DNA of 64,000 nucleotides from an uncultured Acidobacteriota bacterium (GCA_963777415.1 CAVZQL010000009.1:122457-186456), one strand, 5' to 3'. Positions 43,594 to 51,972 are shown, counted from the stretch's first letter. Notes: a model not told the origin generated them from the sequence alone. Numbers and translations are program-made.

Positions 43594-44353
43594 AAGCGAG
43601 TTCGGGCGTCATTGGGTCATAGCGGTACGGCTCCCCAAAAATACGTTCAGCGTGAGCAAGCGCCTCGGGAGTATCTACGTCCTGCCACAGTCCACTCCCA
43701 ATATCGAACGCCCGCAATTTGCGTTTCTGGGCCAGCAGGCGCATGCCGTCCGAGAGCGAACAGTTGCCGTTCACCATGACCCGCTCGAGCGCTGTAAACA
43801 CCGCCGGAGTACACAAGAACATCCCGGTATCTACCGCGTCATACTGGAGAATCTCTTTTCCGATTCCGGCAATGAACTCGCCGTGGCACAGCACCTTCGT
43901 CGCATCGTCCATATCAAAGATGCGCTCCAACTTCCGATCGACCGCCAGGATCACTGAATCCGGCTCCAAAGGTTGTTCAAGCAGGGCTGTTGCCGTTTCC
44001 GGTTCAAAGATATGGTCGGCCATCAGCAACAAGAAGGGCTCCGCAATCAGGTCTCGTGCGGTTAGAACCGAAACTCCGTTCGCTTTGTCGTATCGGGGAT
44101 TCTCGATCACTTCGATCGTCGTTCCCTCGAACTGGCGGCTTGCCGCCCACGAACGCATCGCGTTAGCCCGGAAGCCGGCGACGATGACGAATCGTTCTAT
44201 CCCTGCGTGACGTGCGCCCAGCACGATGTGTTCGATCAGCGGCTGACCATGCAGTTCGACCAGCGGTTTAGGCATGGCGGACTGCAACAAGGGGACGAGT
44301 CGGCTGCCGTTCCCGGCAGCCAGGATCAATGCGGTCTTGGGTGGCTTTGACAT
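43586..44353 (-). CDS. sugar/alcohol-phosphate nucleotidyltransferase (NTP_transferase family)
   Basis: ALILAAGNGSRL...PKPLVELHGQPLIEHIV...MADHIF...DVDTPEAL. ATG 44353 (MSKPPK) has GAGGAA upstream. Overlaps the downstream fusion gene by 8 nt. Confidence 0.85.
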   Translation of the reverse strand: MSKPPKTALILAAGNGSRLVPLLQSAMPKPLVELHGQPLIEHIVLGARHAGIERFVIVAGFRANAMRSWAASRQFEGTTIEVIENPRYDKANGVSVLTARDLIAEPFLLLMADHIFEPETATALLEQPLEPDSVILAVDRKLERIFDMDDATKVLCHGEFIAGIGKEILQYDAVDTGMFLCTPAVFTALERVMVNGNCSLSDGMRLLAQKRKLRAFDIGSGLWQDVDTPEALAHAERIFGEPYRYDPMTPELAYV

Positions 44354-44370
44354 ATTTCCTCTTCTCATTG

Positions 44371-46878
44371 CTAGAACTCGAACACGAGCTTTCCCCTGTA
44401 CTCACGCCACGCATCGTTGAAGAACTGCCCGAATTGCGGGCTCTGCTGGATGCTCTGCACGTCGCGGGGATTGTAATGACCGAGCAGGTTGAAGATGGTG
44501 AATCCGGCGCGTGCCTTGATGTGCTTGATTTTGATTTCGCGCAGCACCTGCACATCGACCGACGAGAATCGCGGGAATCGCTCCGTATTTCGCGGACCTA
44601 CGTACTGGCGATACGCATCCTGGACGGAGTACGGGAAGCCCGTATGCACGTCCATTACTGGAATCGCCGTGAACTTCTTCGGCAGTTTGAATTCGCCCCA
44701 AACCAGGAATCGGTTCGGCGCGTCGTAAGGAAGCCGACCTCGGCTGTTTGGCTGCACGACTGCCTTGGCGTTGTTCCCGTAGAACTGGAAGAAGTCGTTC
44801 AGATCGCCGTAAGCTCTCGAGCGCACATAGGAAGCGTTAAGCGTGTGCTTGTGGAACTGATAACGGGTGCGGACCTGAAATTCGCGGTACGTCTGCTCGC
44901 CCGAGTTTTCCAGACTCAAAATGCAGGATGCGGCACACACCGGCGACACCACGAAATCATCCTTCGTGCGGCGCCATTCGTAGCCGACTTCGGCTGCCAA
45001 TCCGGGCAGAATCTGGCGACTGAGCGCAGCGTTCCACGATGTGCTGCGAGGGTTTTGTAGTCCGCCTACCACCTCGTTCCGGTAAAAGGTCGAACTTGTC
45101 TCCTGCCCATCGGAACCGAGTACAGAGACGGTGCGCCCCGGCAGGTCGGGGAAGGACGCGACCATCAGGGGCACGCGGTCGTAGAAGATTCCCACTCCGC
45201 CCTTCAGAAGTGTCTTTCCATCCCCGGTCAGAGCAAGGTGAAAACCTGCGCGAGGAGAGGCGTGGGTCGCGTCGGTGATGCTGTCCCTATCGAACCTCAA
45301 CCCGACATCGAAAGAGAGCCGAGACGCAACCGCCCAGTGATCGGAGGCGAACCAGCTCGCTTCATTCTGCCCGAGGGTCGAAGAACTCGGGGCCGTGAAT
45401 GTGATGCGCTCGATCGACTGATTCGAAGTGCCATCGACTTGCACCGGACGGAACGCGTTCTGGCTGTCGTACGACGAGTGCGCGTAGTTGAGTCCAACCT
45501 TCCACTGATGAGTTCCCAGGAAGTGGCGAGGTGATGCCTGGTAGATTTCCTGCCAGTCCACTCGTGACGATTGCCGCGATTGTGTGTTGAAGTATGAACC
45601 TTCAGTCGTCTCCACCGTCATCTGGTACGCGCCGCTGCCGTGGGCTGTCACGTCGGCGTCAAAAGTCTTGTAACTGAACTGCGACGTCAGCAAACTGTCT
45701 TTTCCGATTGCGTACCGGTGCTGAAAGTAGACTTGATACCCGCGCTGGTGGTAGTCAGAAGTGGACGGCTGGGGCGTGAACGTGTTCAGGCCCGAGTACC
45801 GCAATTTTTGCGGATAGATTGAAAACGAAGCGGTCGCCGTCTGCTTTTGCGTAAGGTTTAGATCCAGTTGCGTATAGGAGTTCGTGCTTTCGCTCGTGGT
45901 GTCGCGCTGAGAACCAGGCAGGCTGTTCACCGGTGTTCTTATGTATCGGTATTCGAGTGACTGGGTAAAAGCGATGCGGTCTTTCAGCAGTGGGCCAGTG
46001 ATCGTCATTCGCGGCGTGGCCCCGCCAACGCCTAAAATCGACCCGTCCCGCACGCGTACGCGCGGCATGATGTTCTGAATCGAGAAATGAAGCTTTTCGT
46101 AGTTGCCGGTTTTTGTTTCGATGCTCGACACTGCACCGGTCAACTTCCCGTATTGCGGATCATAAGGATTCGAGATGACCTGGACCGACTCCACCACGTC
46201 GATCGGGAGGTCCATGCCTGGTGAACCCGTGCCAGGATCGGTCACGTTCGCGCTGTTGACCAGCGCTCCGCTCTGCGTATTGCGCGCACCCTTCATGTTG
46301 ATGCGCCCGTCCGGCCCGCGCACAACGCCCGGAACCAGAGGCAGAAGACTTTCAGCGCGATCGTTGGAATTGGGAGCGTCTCGGACCACTTTCTGCGGAA
46401 TCGTCTGAGCGGTTTGATCCGAAGCAGTCTGCTGAACCTGGTCCTCGGTTGCGTTGACGGAGATCGAACTCTTCACGGCCGCAGGCTTCACTTCGAGCGC
46501 GATCTGAGCAACACTGCCGGAATTCACGTCCACGAGTTCGGTCGCCTCGAGCCCCTCGAAGTTGGCCTTGATCGCATAAGTGCCCGCCGGCACGTCGGCG
46601 AAGAGGCACTTGCCTTCTCCATTTGTCTTTGCCGTAAGCTCGCTGGGCCCGCTCAAAGAGATATTGGCCTGGGCGACTACCATCCGTCCCTGGGAGTTGT
46701 TGACGAAAACCGTGCATTCAACACGCCCGGGAGGCGGAGTGGTTTGTGCCTTCATCCACGAAGGCAAAAGCATCGAGAGCACAACGAATGCCCAGGCCAG
46801 GTGCAACGATTTTGTGTGAACAGCAATCACCGAATCCTCCAAAGTATTGGGGCCGACGTTCAGCAAGGGAGTGCGCAA
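44371..46878 (-). CDS. TonB-dependent-receptor-like outer-membrane protein with N-terminal CarboxypepD_reg domain
   Basis: Signal peptide, then the GRVECTVFVNNSQG...GEGKCLFADVPAGTYAIKA beta-sandwich, a plug-like LLPLVPGVVRGPDGRINMKGAR, a long beta-strand-rich body, and C-terminal ...YRGKLVFEF. Confidence 0.85.
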   Translation of the reverse strand: MRTPLLNVGPNTLEDSVIAVHTKSLHLAWAFVVLSMLLPSWMKAQTTPPPGRVECTVFVNNSQGRMVVAQANISLSGPSELTAKTNGEGKCLFADVPAGTYAIKANFEGLEATELVDVNSGSVAQIALEVKPAAVKSSISVNATEDQVQQTASDQTAQTIPQKVVRDAPNSNDRAESLLPLVPGVVRGPDGRINMKGARNTQSGALVNSANVTDPGTGSPGMDLPIDVVESVQVISNPYDPQYGKLTGAVSSIETKTGNYEKLHFSIQNIMPRVRVRDGSILGVGGATPRMTITGPLLKDRIAFTQSLEYRYIRTPVNSLPGSQRDTTSESTNSYTQLDLNLTQKQTATASFSIYPQKLRYSGLNTFTPQPSTSDYHQRGYQVYFQHRYAIGKDSLLTSQFSYKTFDADVTAHGSGAYQMTVETTEGSYFNTQSRQSSRVDWQEIYQASPRHFLGTHQWKVGLNYAHSSYDSQNAFRPVQVDGTSNQSIERITFTAPSSSTLGQNEASWFASDHWAVASRLSFDVGLRFDRDSITDATHASPRAGFHLALTGDGKTLLKGGVGIFYDRVPLMVASFPDLPGRTVSVLGSDGQETSSTFYRNEVVGGLQNPRSTSWNAALSRQILPGLAAEVGYEWRRTKDDFVVSPVCAASCILSLENSGEQTYREFQVRTRYQFHKHTLNASYVRSRAYGDLNDFFQFYGNNAKAVVQPNSRGRLPYDAPNRFLVWGEFKLPKKFTAIPVMDVHTGFPYSVQDAYRQYVGPRNTERFPRFSSVDVQVLREIKIKHIKARAGFTIFNLLGHYNPRDVQSIQQSPQFGQFFNDAWREYRGKLVFEF

Positions 46879-47098
46879 TGTCCTGGTGCAGCCAGAGCCG
46901 CATTGCGCTTGAACTTGTCCCGTGGACGTCGGCCGCGGGTTTGATATTTAACCAAAGGACCGTCGAGTGACTGTCGTGTCTGTCCATCCATAGTTCGCTC
47001 GGGAAATGCAATCCTCGATGTCCTTCAGGCTGTCCCAGCGAATCGCACGCGGTTGCTGGTTCACATCCGAGTGTCGATTCCCAAACACTCTAGGAACT

Positions 47099-47114
47099 TG
47101 CATTCGCCACGCCA
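47099..47114 (-). promoter_or_regulatory. sigma-54-type promoter upstream of the TonB-dependent-like receptor gene
   Basis: The minus strand reads TGGCGTGGCGAATGCA. The perfect palindrome CTGCCC-TAAGTA-GGGCAG is centred 93 bp upstream. Leader ~210 nt. Confidence 0.55.
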
Positions 47115-47196
47115 AAACACTCCGTGTAAGAAGCTGCCTGTTTTCAATGCTCTTGCTGTCGCGACCGCTTTCTTTGCCCGCATCGCGGCAGCAAAG

Positions 47197-47214
47197 CTGC
47201 CCTAAGTAGGGCAG
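47197..47214. promoter_or_regulatory. putative enhancer (UAS) palindrome, or hairpin
   Basis: CTGCCC-TAAGTA-GGGCAG (12/12), extended to GCTGCCCTA-AG-TAGGGCAGC. Lies 93 bp upstream of the GG at 47112-47113 and 207 nt downstream of the paralog-2 stop. Confidence 0.6.
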
Positions 47215-47421
47215 CAGGCAGGCACACTGCCCACATCGCCCGACTCAGCGCAGACGGATGGAATTGATGGACAAGCGGAGGGAGATAAGACTGGTGGGAA
47301 AAGCTCAGCGGGACTGCTACTTTGCGGGACTATGCGGGCTCTGCCGTTTCGACTGAGCGAGTCGTGAGAGAACATCGGTGATCCGATCGACCGTTGCTGA
47401 TCTTCTGATCCTTCGAGTCCA

Positions 47422-48012
47422 TCAGCGGGCGCAGTCGGCCACTGGGCTGACGATCTCATCCACCAACTCCACAAGGTCGCGATTGAGCAACGCGAACGAT
47501 TCCAGGGCTGCGCAATAGGCGGCGTCCAGTGATCTGCGGCTTATGTTCAGCATCGACGCAGCCTCAGAAGCGTCATGGCCCTGCACGCCGCGCAGCACGA
47601 TCGCAAACCGGCAGAGAACATCCATCCTGTGCTTGGCGAAGGCAGAGACTTGCTTCAGCACTTCGCTGACGTGTGGCGCAAGCGGTTCATGGGAATAATG
47701 AAGACAAGGACGTTTCTCGTAAGCATGGGAAAGCGCTGTCAAGCGCCTCTGTTGCATCTCGATCGCAGATCGCACAGTGGCCCTCTTGAGCCAGTCTCCG
47801 AGCCACTCCTGCGCGAGGTACGTCTGCCTCGTTGCGAGCGCGCATGCATCGACGATGCATGCCTCTGCCATCATCCCATCCGCGGTCAAAAAGAAGGCCA
47901 GCCAGTCCAGCTCTGCGCGAGACTGAGTCACCGCTCGCGTGATGTCATCCGTGGTTGCGTAAAAAGCTTCTGACGCTCCCGCTGGCGCGCTTTTCGTGGA
48001 CAAGAAAGCCAT
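47422..48012 (-). CDS. divergent ECF-type sigma-factor-like protein, paralog 2
   Basis: SRAELDWLAFFLTADGMMAEACIVDACALA / WLKRATVRSAIEMQQ / YEKRPCLHYSHEP / MDVLCRFAIVLRGVQGHDASEAASMLNISRRSLDAAYCAALESF. Block-for-block match to 10748-11338 and 57658-58239. Confidence 0.55.
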   Translation of the reverse strand: MAFLSTKSAPAGASEAFYATTDDITRAVTQSRAELDWLAFFLTADGMMAEACIVDACALATRQTYLAQEWLGDWLKRATVRSAIEMQQRRLTALSHAYEKRPCLHYSHEPLAPHVSEVLKQVSAFAKHRMDVLCRFAIVLRGVQGHDASEAASMLNISRRSLDAAYCAALESFALLNRDLVELVDEIVSPVADCAR

Positions 48013-48042
48013 AAAACCTCTTTCGGCGCGAATTGCGATTCG

Positions 48043-49419
48043 CTATTCGAAGCTCCGCGCGCCGCTTCCGAATCCGTTCTTCGCCTGTTTCCAGATCCAC
48101 TTGATCACGCGCGCGTCGTTGTAGCAGTACGCAAGGTTGTGGTTGAGCGTGGAGAAGCAATGCCGCTGGCACGTCTCCTTGATCCCGTTCAACTGCGCGT
48201 AGTCGAACCGGATATCTTCTATGTTTCCCCAGTCGAATGTTGCCGGATACAGGGGGAAGCACGGGGCCAGCGTCCCATCTGTTCGAATCACCACATTGTT
48301 CTGACCCGCACGGCAGTTCCAGTCCGCGAAATGAAGCTCGCCGTCCTCTTCCTGCACGATTCCTGGATTGCAGCGCAGCATCTCTTCCAGTTCGCCGTCT
48401 TTGCCGGTGCCGTCACCGTTCCACCCGACCTCGCGCAGATCCAGACCGGAGGACATGCGCATGAACGTCTTCATTTCCAGCAGCCGCGGCACCGAGTTCA
48501 CCATCTGGTATCCCGCTTTGTTCTTCTCGACGATCCAGTCAACCAGTTCGTCCACCGCCCGCCAATCTTCCGGGCCAATGTAGGTCGGATTATCTTCCAG
48601 GTGCCGGAAGTGGTCGCTCTGATCCAGCATGGGACTTTCATTGATGTGGTAGTCGGTCGCGATGCGGTGCTCGCGCGCCCATTCGGTCAACAGCTTTACG
48701 TCTTCATGGTTATTGCGGCAGATATTGATGTTGAAGAAGGTCAGGTATCCGTGAACGTACTGTTTCCTCAGGGCGTACTCGAGCTTCTTCTGGATCGGAA
48801 CGAACGATTTCGGAAGACTCTCTCTTTCCTCCCATGAATCCACAGCGATATTGAACACGGCTACGCCCGCATCACCCAGCCGATCCGTCAGCTCGGGGCT
48901 CAGCAGACGAGCATTGGTCGCGACATAAACCCACATGCCCTTCTTCGCGGCGTAGTACACGAGCTTATGAATGAACTTGGGACGAAGCAACGGCTCGCCA
49001 CCCATCAGCGCCAGCACACGACCGCCGCGATCATACAGCCAGTCGATCGAGCGGCGCGCGATGTCCTCGCTCATGCCCTTGACCTTGTTATTGAACGAGG
49101 GGCAGTACCAGCAATCCAGATTGCACTTGTACTCGACGAACAGATACGCCGTTATCGGATGAAAATTTCCTGGCAACAACCGCGACCGCAAATAAGGCAC
49201 CAACCATCCGCGCGCACTTCGCGCTAATTGGCCAGCCGTCCACTTGCGCTTTTCCGGCGCCACTTCAGGCCCGGGGTCGCTGCACCTCTCAGGAAAACGT
49301 GGATAGACTGCTTCTGGAAATGACTCGCCACGTTCTTCTGGTGGCAACGGCTGAACGCTTGAGTTCGTCAGCAGGTCGTTCATCGCAACATCGATACGAA
49401 ACTTTGCGGCAGTCACCAT
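48043..49419 (-). CDS. radical SAM protein with C-terminal Cys-rich (SPASM-like) region
   Basis: CNLDCWYC (CxxxCxxC, nt 49102-49125), GGEPLL, and a C-terminal WNCRAGQNNVVIRTDGTLAPCFPLY...CQRHCFSTL. Start moved to ATG 49419 (or 49383) because the upstream 160 codons of the track ORF are R/C/H/W-rich and contain a promoter-like site. Confidence 0.8.
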   Translation of the reverse strand: MVTAAKFRIDVAMNDLLTNSSVQPLPPEERGESFPEAVYPRFPERCSDPGPEVAPEKRKWTAGQLARSARGWLVPYLRSRLLPGNFHPITAYLFVEYKCNLDCWYCPSFNNKVKGMSEDIARRSIDWLYDRGGRVLALMGGEPLLRPKFIHKLVYYAAKKGMWVYVATNARLLSPELTDRLGDAGVAVFNIAVDSWEERESLPKSFVPIQKKLEYALRKQYVHGYLTFFNINICRNNHEDVKLLTEWAREHRIATDYHINESPMLDQSDHFRHLEDNPTYIGPEDWRAVDELVDWIVEKNKAGYQMVNSVPRLLEMKTFMRMSSGLDLREVGWNGDGTGKDGELEEMLRCNPGIVQEEDGELHFADWNCRAGQNNVVIRTDGTLAPCFPLYPATFDWGNIEDIRFDYAQLNGIKETCQRHCFSTLNHNLAYCYNDARVIKWIWKQAKNGFGSGARSFE

Positions 49420-49587
49420 GGGAGTCGATTTTGTCCTTCCTTTCACCGGATTTAGGCTCGTAAACACGGGCCCGAGGATGCGCCTGCTATGGGGTGGAAC
49501 GCACCCTCGGTCGCCTACTTTGCCCGTGCAGACAAGGCCTACTGCCCCGCTCCAAGTTCGGTGCAGTACGCCCCGGCATTTCCAAGA

Positions 49588-49603
49588 AGCACGATGTTTG
49601 CCA
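49588..49603 (-). promoter_or_regulatory. sigma-54-type promoter upstream of radical SAM / ECF-like paralog 2
   Basis: The minus strand reads TGGCAAACATCGTGCT. TTGCCG-ATATTC-AGGCAC is centred 92 bp upstream. Leader ~160 nt. Confidence 0.5.
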
Positions 49604-49605
49604 AA

Positions 49606-49638
49606 GCAGAATGCGTGCAGAATGCGTGCAGAATGCGG
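49606..49638. repeat. 3 x 11-bp tandem repeat
   Basis: GCAGAATGCGT GCAGAATGCGT GCAGAATGCGG, directly adjoining the -24 element at 49598-49603. Confidence 0.8.
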
Positions 49639-49684
49639 AAATTCCGGTGTTTTCATCCAAGCTGCCGGCCCAGCGCCTAGTGCC

Positions 49685-49702
49685 TTGCCGATATTCAGGC
49701 AC
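49685..49702. promoter_or_regulatory. putative enhancer (UAS) palindrome
   Basis: TTGCCG-ATATTC-AGGCAC (8/12, core TGCC-N8-GGCA intact), 92 bp upstream of the GG at 49601-49602. Confidence 0.4.
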
Positions 49703-49946
49703 TTGGACCAGATGTGGTCATCTGCAACGCGAGGGGCCGCCGCCTTGAAAATTAAATCGGGCGCTCGATCATGCAGTTCGAGCGTCCAGGGAGGCGGAAT
49801 GCGCGCTGTTTCAGGAGGCGATGTGGTCACCGCAGCGCGTCCGCATGAGGGAGGTTTTTGTCGAGTCGCTGCGGTATGAACAGCTCTCCTCTTGCCCACT
49901 CGAGTCTGAGATGTTCATCCGCAGTGACATAACGCCGCTCGATTCG

Positions 49947-50531
49947 TTAGAAGTTAAAGACCAGACCGATGGACGGTACGGCCGTGTGCGTTGTCTTGTC
50001 GACGTTGAAAGCGTTGACGTCAAAGTCCGGCGCCTTGTAAACGAAGCCACGGTACTGAACTCGTGCGGCCACGTGCTTCAGGATCGGATAGTCAAGGCCG
50101 CCACCATAAACGAACATGCCGCGGGTCTGGGAACTGAATGCGGAATTGTTGCGTGGGTCAAAGACGATCGCGCCGCCACCGGCGAGCACGTAGGGTTTGA
50201 AGGTCCAACGTACGGGGAGTTTGTAGACGAGGTTCCCAGACACCGCATTAACATTCGTCTGTAGTTGCGAAAACGCTGTGCTCTTGATGTATTTTTGCGA
50301 ATTACTGAAGTAATCGTAAGTCGCTTCAACCGAGAACGACTTGCTCAAGTTGTAGCGATAGCTGGCGACGAGTCCGCCCGACTGCGTCGATTTCTGCGTC
50401 ATGCCGGCGTTCGTCGATTCCTTGCCAAAGAAACCACTACCCTGAATACTGACCTCGTGTTTGCCCTCCTGTGCAAAAACACTCGCGCACAAACAGAACA
50501 GCAGAACCACCGCAATCACTACTCTCTTCAT
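49947..50531 (-). CDS. outer-membrane beta-barrel protein (OmpA-like barrel/porin family)
   Basis: Signal peptide MKRVVIAVVLLFCLCASVFAQ, alternating beta-strand pattern, C-terminal IGLVFNF. GGAGG lies upstream of ATG 50531. Confidence 0.75.
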   Translation of the reverse strand: MKRVVIAVVLLFCLCASVFAQEGKHEVSIQGSGFFGKESTNAGMTQKSTQSGGLVASYRYNLSKSFSVEATYDYFSNSQKYIKSTAFSQLQTNVNAVSGNLVYKLPVRWTFKPYVLAGGGAIVFDPRNNSAFSSQTRGMFVYGGGLDYPILKHVAARVQYRGFVYKAPDFDVNAFNVDKTTHTAVPSIGLVFNF

Positions 50532-50584
50532 TTTGTTCGTCCTCCAAGGGGTCGTTATCTGAAACTCATTACGCCTGGGATTAA

Positions 50585-50600
50585 GGCACGGCGGTTGCCA
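50585..50600 (-). promoter_or_regulatory. sigma-54-type promoter of the OMP barrel gene
   Basis: The minus strand reads TGGCAACCGCCGTGCC. Leader ~43 nt with GGAGG. Confidence 0.45.
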
Positions 50601-50674
50601 ACTTTGGAGGACGTACAAAGCTGAACAAACACAAGTGGTTACGCATAATCACAACAACGAGACTGCCGCTTTGT

Positions 50675-50692
50675 TTGCCCGAATGTCGGCCA
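50675..50692. promoter_or_regulatory. weak enhancer-like palindrome
   Basis: TTGCCC-GAATGT-CGGCCA (8/12), 85 bp upstream of the GG at 50598-50599. Confidence 0.3.
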
Positions 50693-50759
50693 CGTGCCCG
50701 TCTACTGTCATCAAACTGCTCGTGCAGCGCAACACCGTCGCACGGTTTCGCCATGTTCG

Positions 50760-51178
50760 TTAGCGCTCTTTGTTCCGTTCGGTTTTAAGCTGGAACTCAA
50801 TCAGCGTTTGTTGACCTTCCCTGAGGTCCACCGATTTCGTCAGCACGCTGTAGCCTCTGCTGACGGCAGTTGCCGCACACTCGCCGCTGGTCAAGTGGTC
50901 CAACTGAAACACGCCTTCTTCATCTGTGACTGTCGAGCGCGTGTTGGATGATCGATCAAAGCATTCGAGCTCTATCCGCGCGCCCGGCAACTGGATACGT
51001 TCTCCGGAGGACGAGAGGCCGACGACGGTGCCCTGACGCTTGCTGCGGCAGTTTCACAACGAGAGGGGAAACAGTAGAAGAGAAGAATAAGCGCGGTGAT
51101 GCCGATACATCGCCAACCGGGGGCGAAGATGCCATGCAAGACTGCTCGCCATGCCACATCAACTTTAGGCGGCCTCAT
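50760..51178 (-). pseudogene. small CarboxypepD_reg-domain protein split by a 1-nt frameshift (pseudogene, assembly error or recoding)
   Basis: One frame gives MRPPKVDVAWRAVLHGIFAPGWRCIGITALILLFYCFPSRCETAAAS (signal-peptide-like; ATGA overlap with the upstream gene stop at 51175-51178). Another frame continues QGTVVGLSSSGERIQLPGARIELECFDRSSNTRSTVTDEEGVFQLDHLTSGECAATAVSRGYS... The switch lies near 51040-51050. Confidence 0.55.
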
Positions 51179-51972
51179 GGCTGCAACCGCTCCAGCGAAC
51201 TGAGACCAGTTCTCGGCGAACACGCCGCGTTCATCGGAGGCTGAGTGTCATAGATGACATCCCAGTTGAATTGCCCAGCCACTGAATAACTCTCAGCATC
51301 ATCAACATCGGCCCAGGGCAGATCCTGCGTGGACGCACACGAAACTTCCGCGCCTTTATGAATGAGGTGTTCGACTGCCGCGCTGTACAGCTCGCGCTCG
51401 CGCCGTGAAGTCAGCAGCAACTCCATCTCTCGGACTAGTGCAATCATCTCCAACGATCCGCATACCATCGCACCCGCGTACGTCCCCGAGGCTCGTTCCG
51501 GCGGAACGTTCTTAGAAACCTCGAGTACGTGCCCCTCTCGAACCGAGACCTTCACTGCATCTTGGCGATACTTGCCGTCCACGAGCATACAAATCCCAGC
51601 CGAAGATCCCATCGCGGACAAGGGGATTCGCGGGTGGAACAATATATCCGAATCCAGGCAAATGGCCCTGCGGTTCCCGATCCATTCGCTTGCCAACCAG
51701 AGGGAATAGATATTGTCGGTCTGGTCGAAAATGGGGTTGCTGATGAAGGTGATGTCATCCAGCAACTCGAGTTGATGCCGGACCACGTGCTCTACGACTT
51801 CCGCACCCTTGTAGCCGACGACGATCGCAAACTCGCCAATGCCGGCAGCTCTCAATGCCTGCAGTTGATAATCGATGATTGCTTGCCCATTGAATCTCAG
51901 CAGGCATTTGGGGGAGGATGTGACGGCACTGATTCGGGCGCCCGTGCCAGCAGCGAGTATTACGGCTTTCAT
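51175..51972 (-). CDS. NTP_transferase-family nucleotidyltransferase (second copy)
   Basis: MKAVILAAGTGARI...PKCLLRFNGQAIIDYQLQAL...DSDILF...ADVDDAESY. Confidence 0.8.
   Translation of the reverse strand: MKAVILAAGTGARISAVTSSPKCLLRFNGQAIIDYQLQALRAAGIGEFAIVVGYKGAEVVEHVVRHQLELLDDITFISNPIFDQTDNIYSLWLASEWIGNRRAICLDSDILFHPRIPLSAMGSSAGICMLVDGKYRQDAVKVSVREGHVLEVSKNVPPERASGTYAGAMVCGSLEMIALVREMELLLTSRRERELYSAAVEHLIHKGAEVSCASTQDLPWADVDDAESYSVAGQFNWDVIYDTQPPMNAACSPRTGLSSLERLQP

Noticed and set aside
49420-49899. N-terminal 160-codon extension of the radical SAM ORF (track start 49899).
   Set aside because: The translated extension (MGKRRAVHTAATRQKPPSCGRAAVTT...) is compositionally non-protein-like. 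It also contains the promoter-like site, the tandem repeat and the palindrome. ATG 49419 or 49383 gives a normal radical SAM N-terminus.
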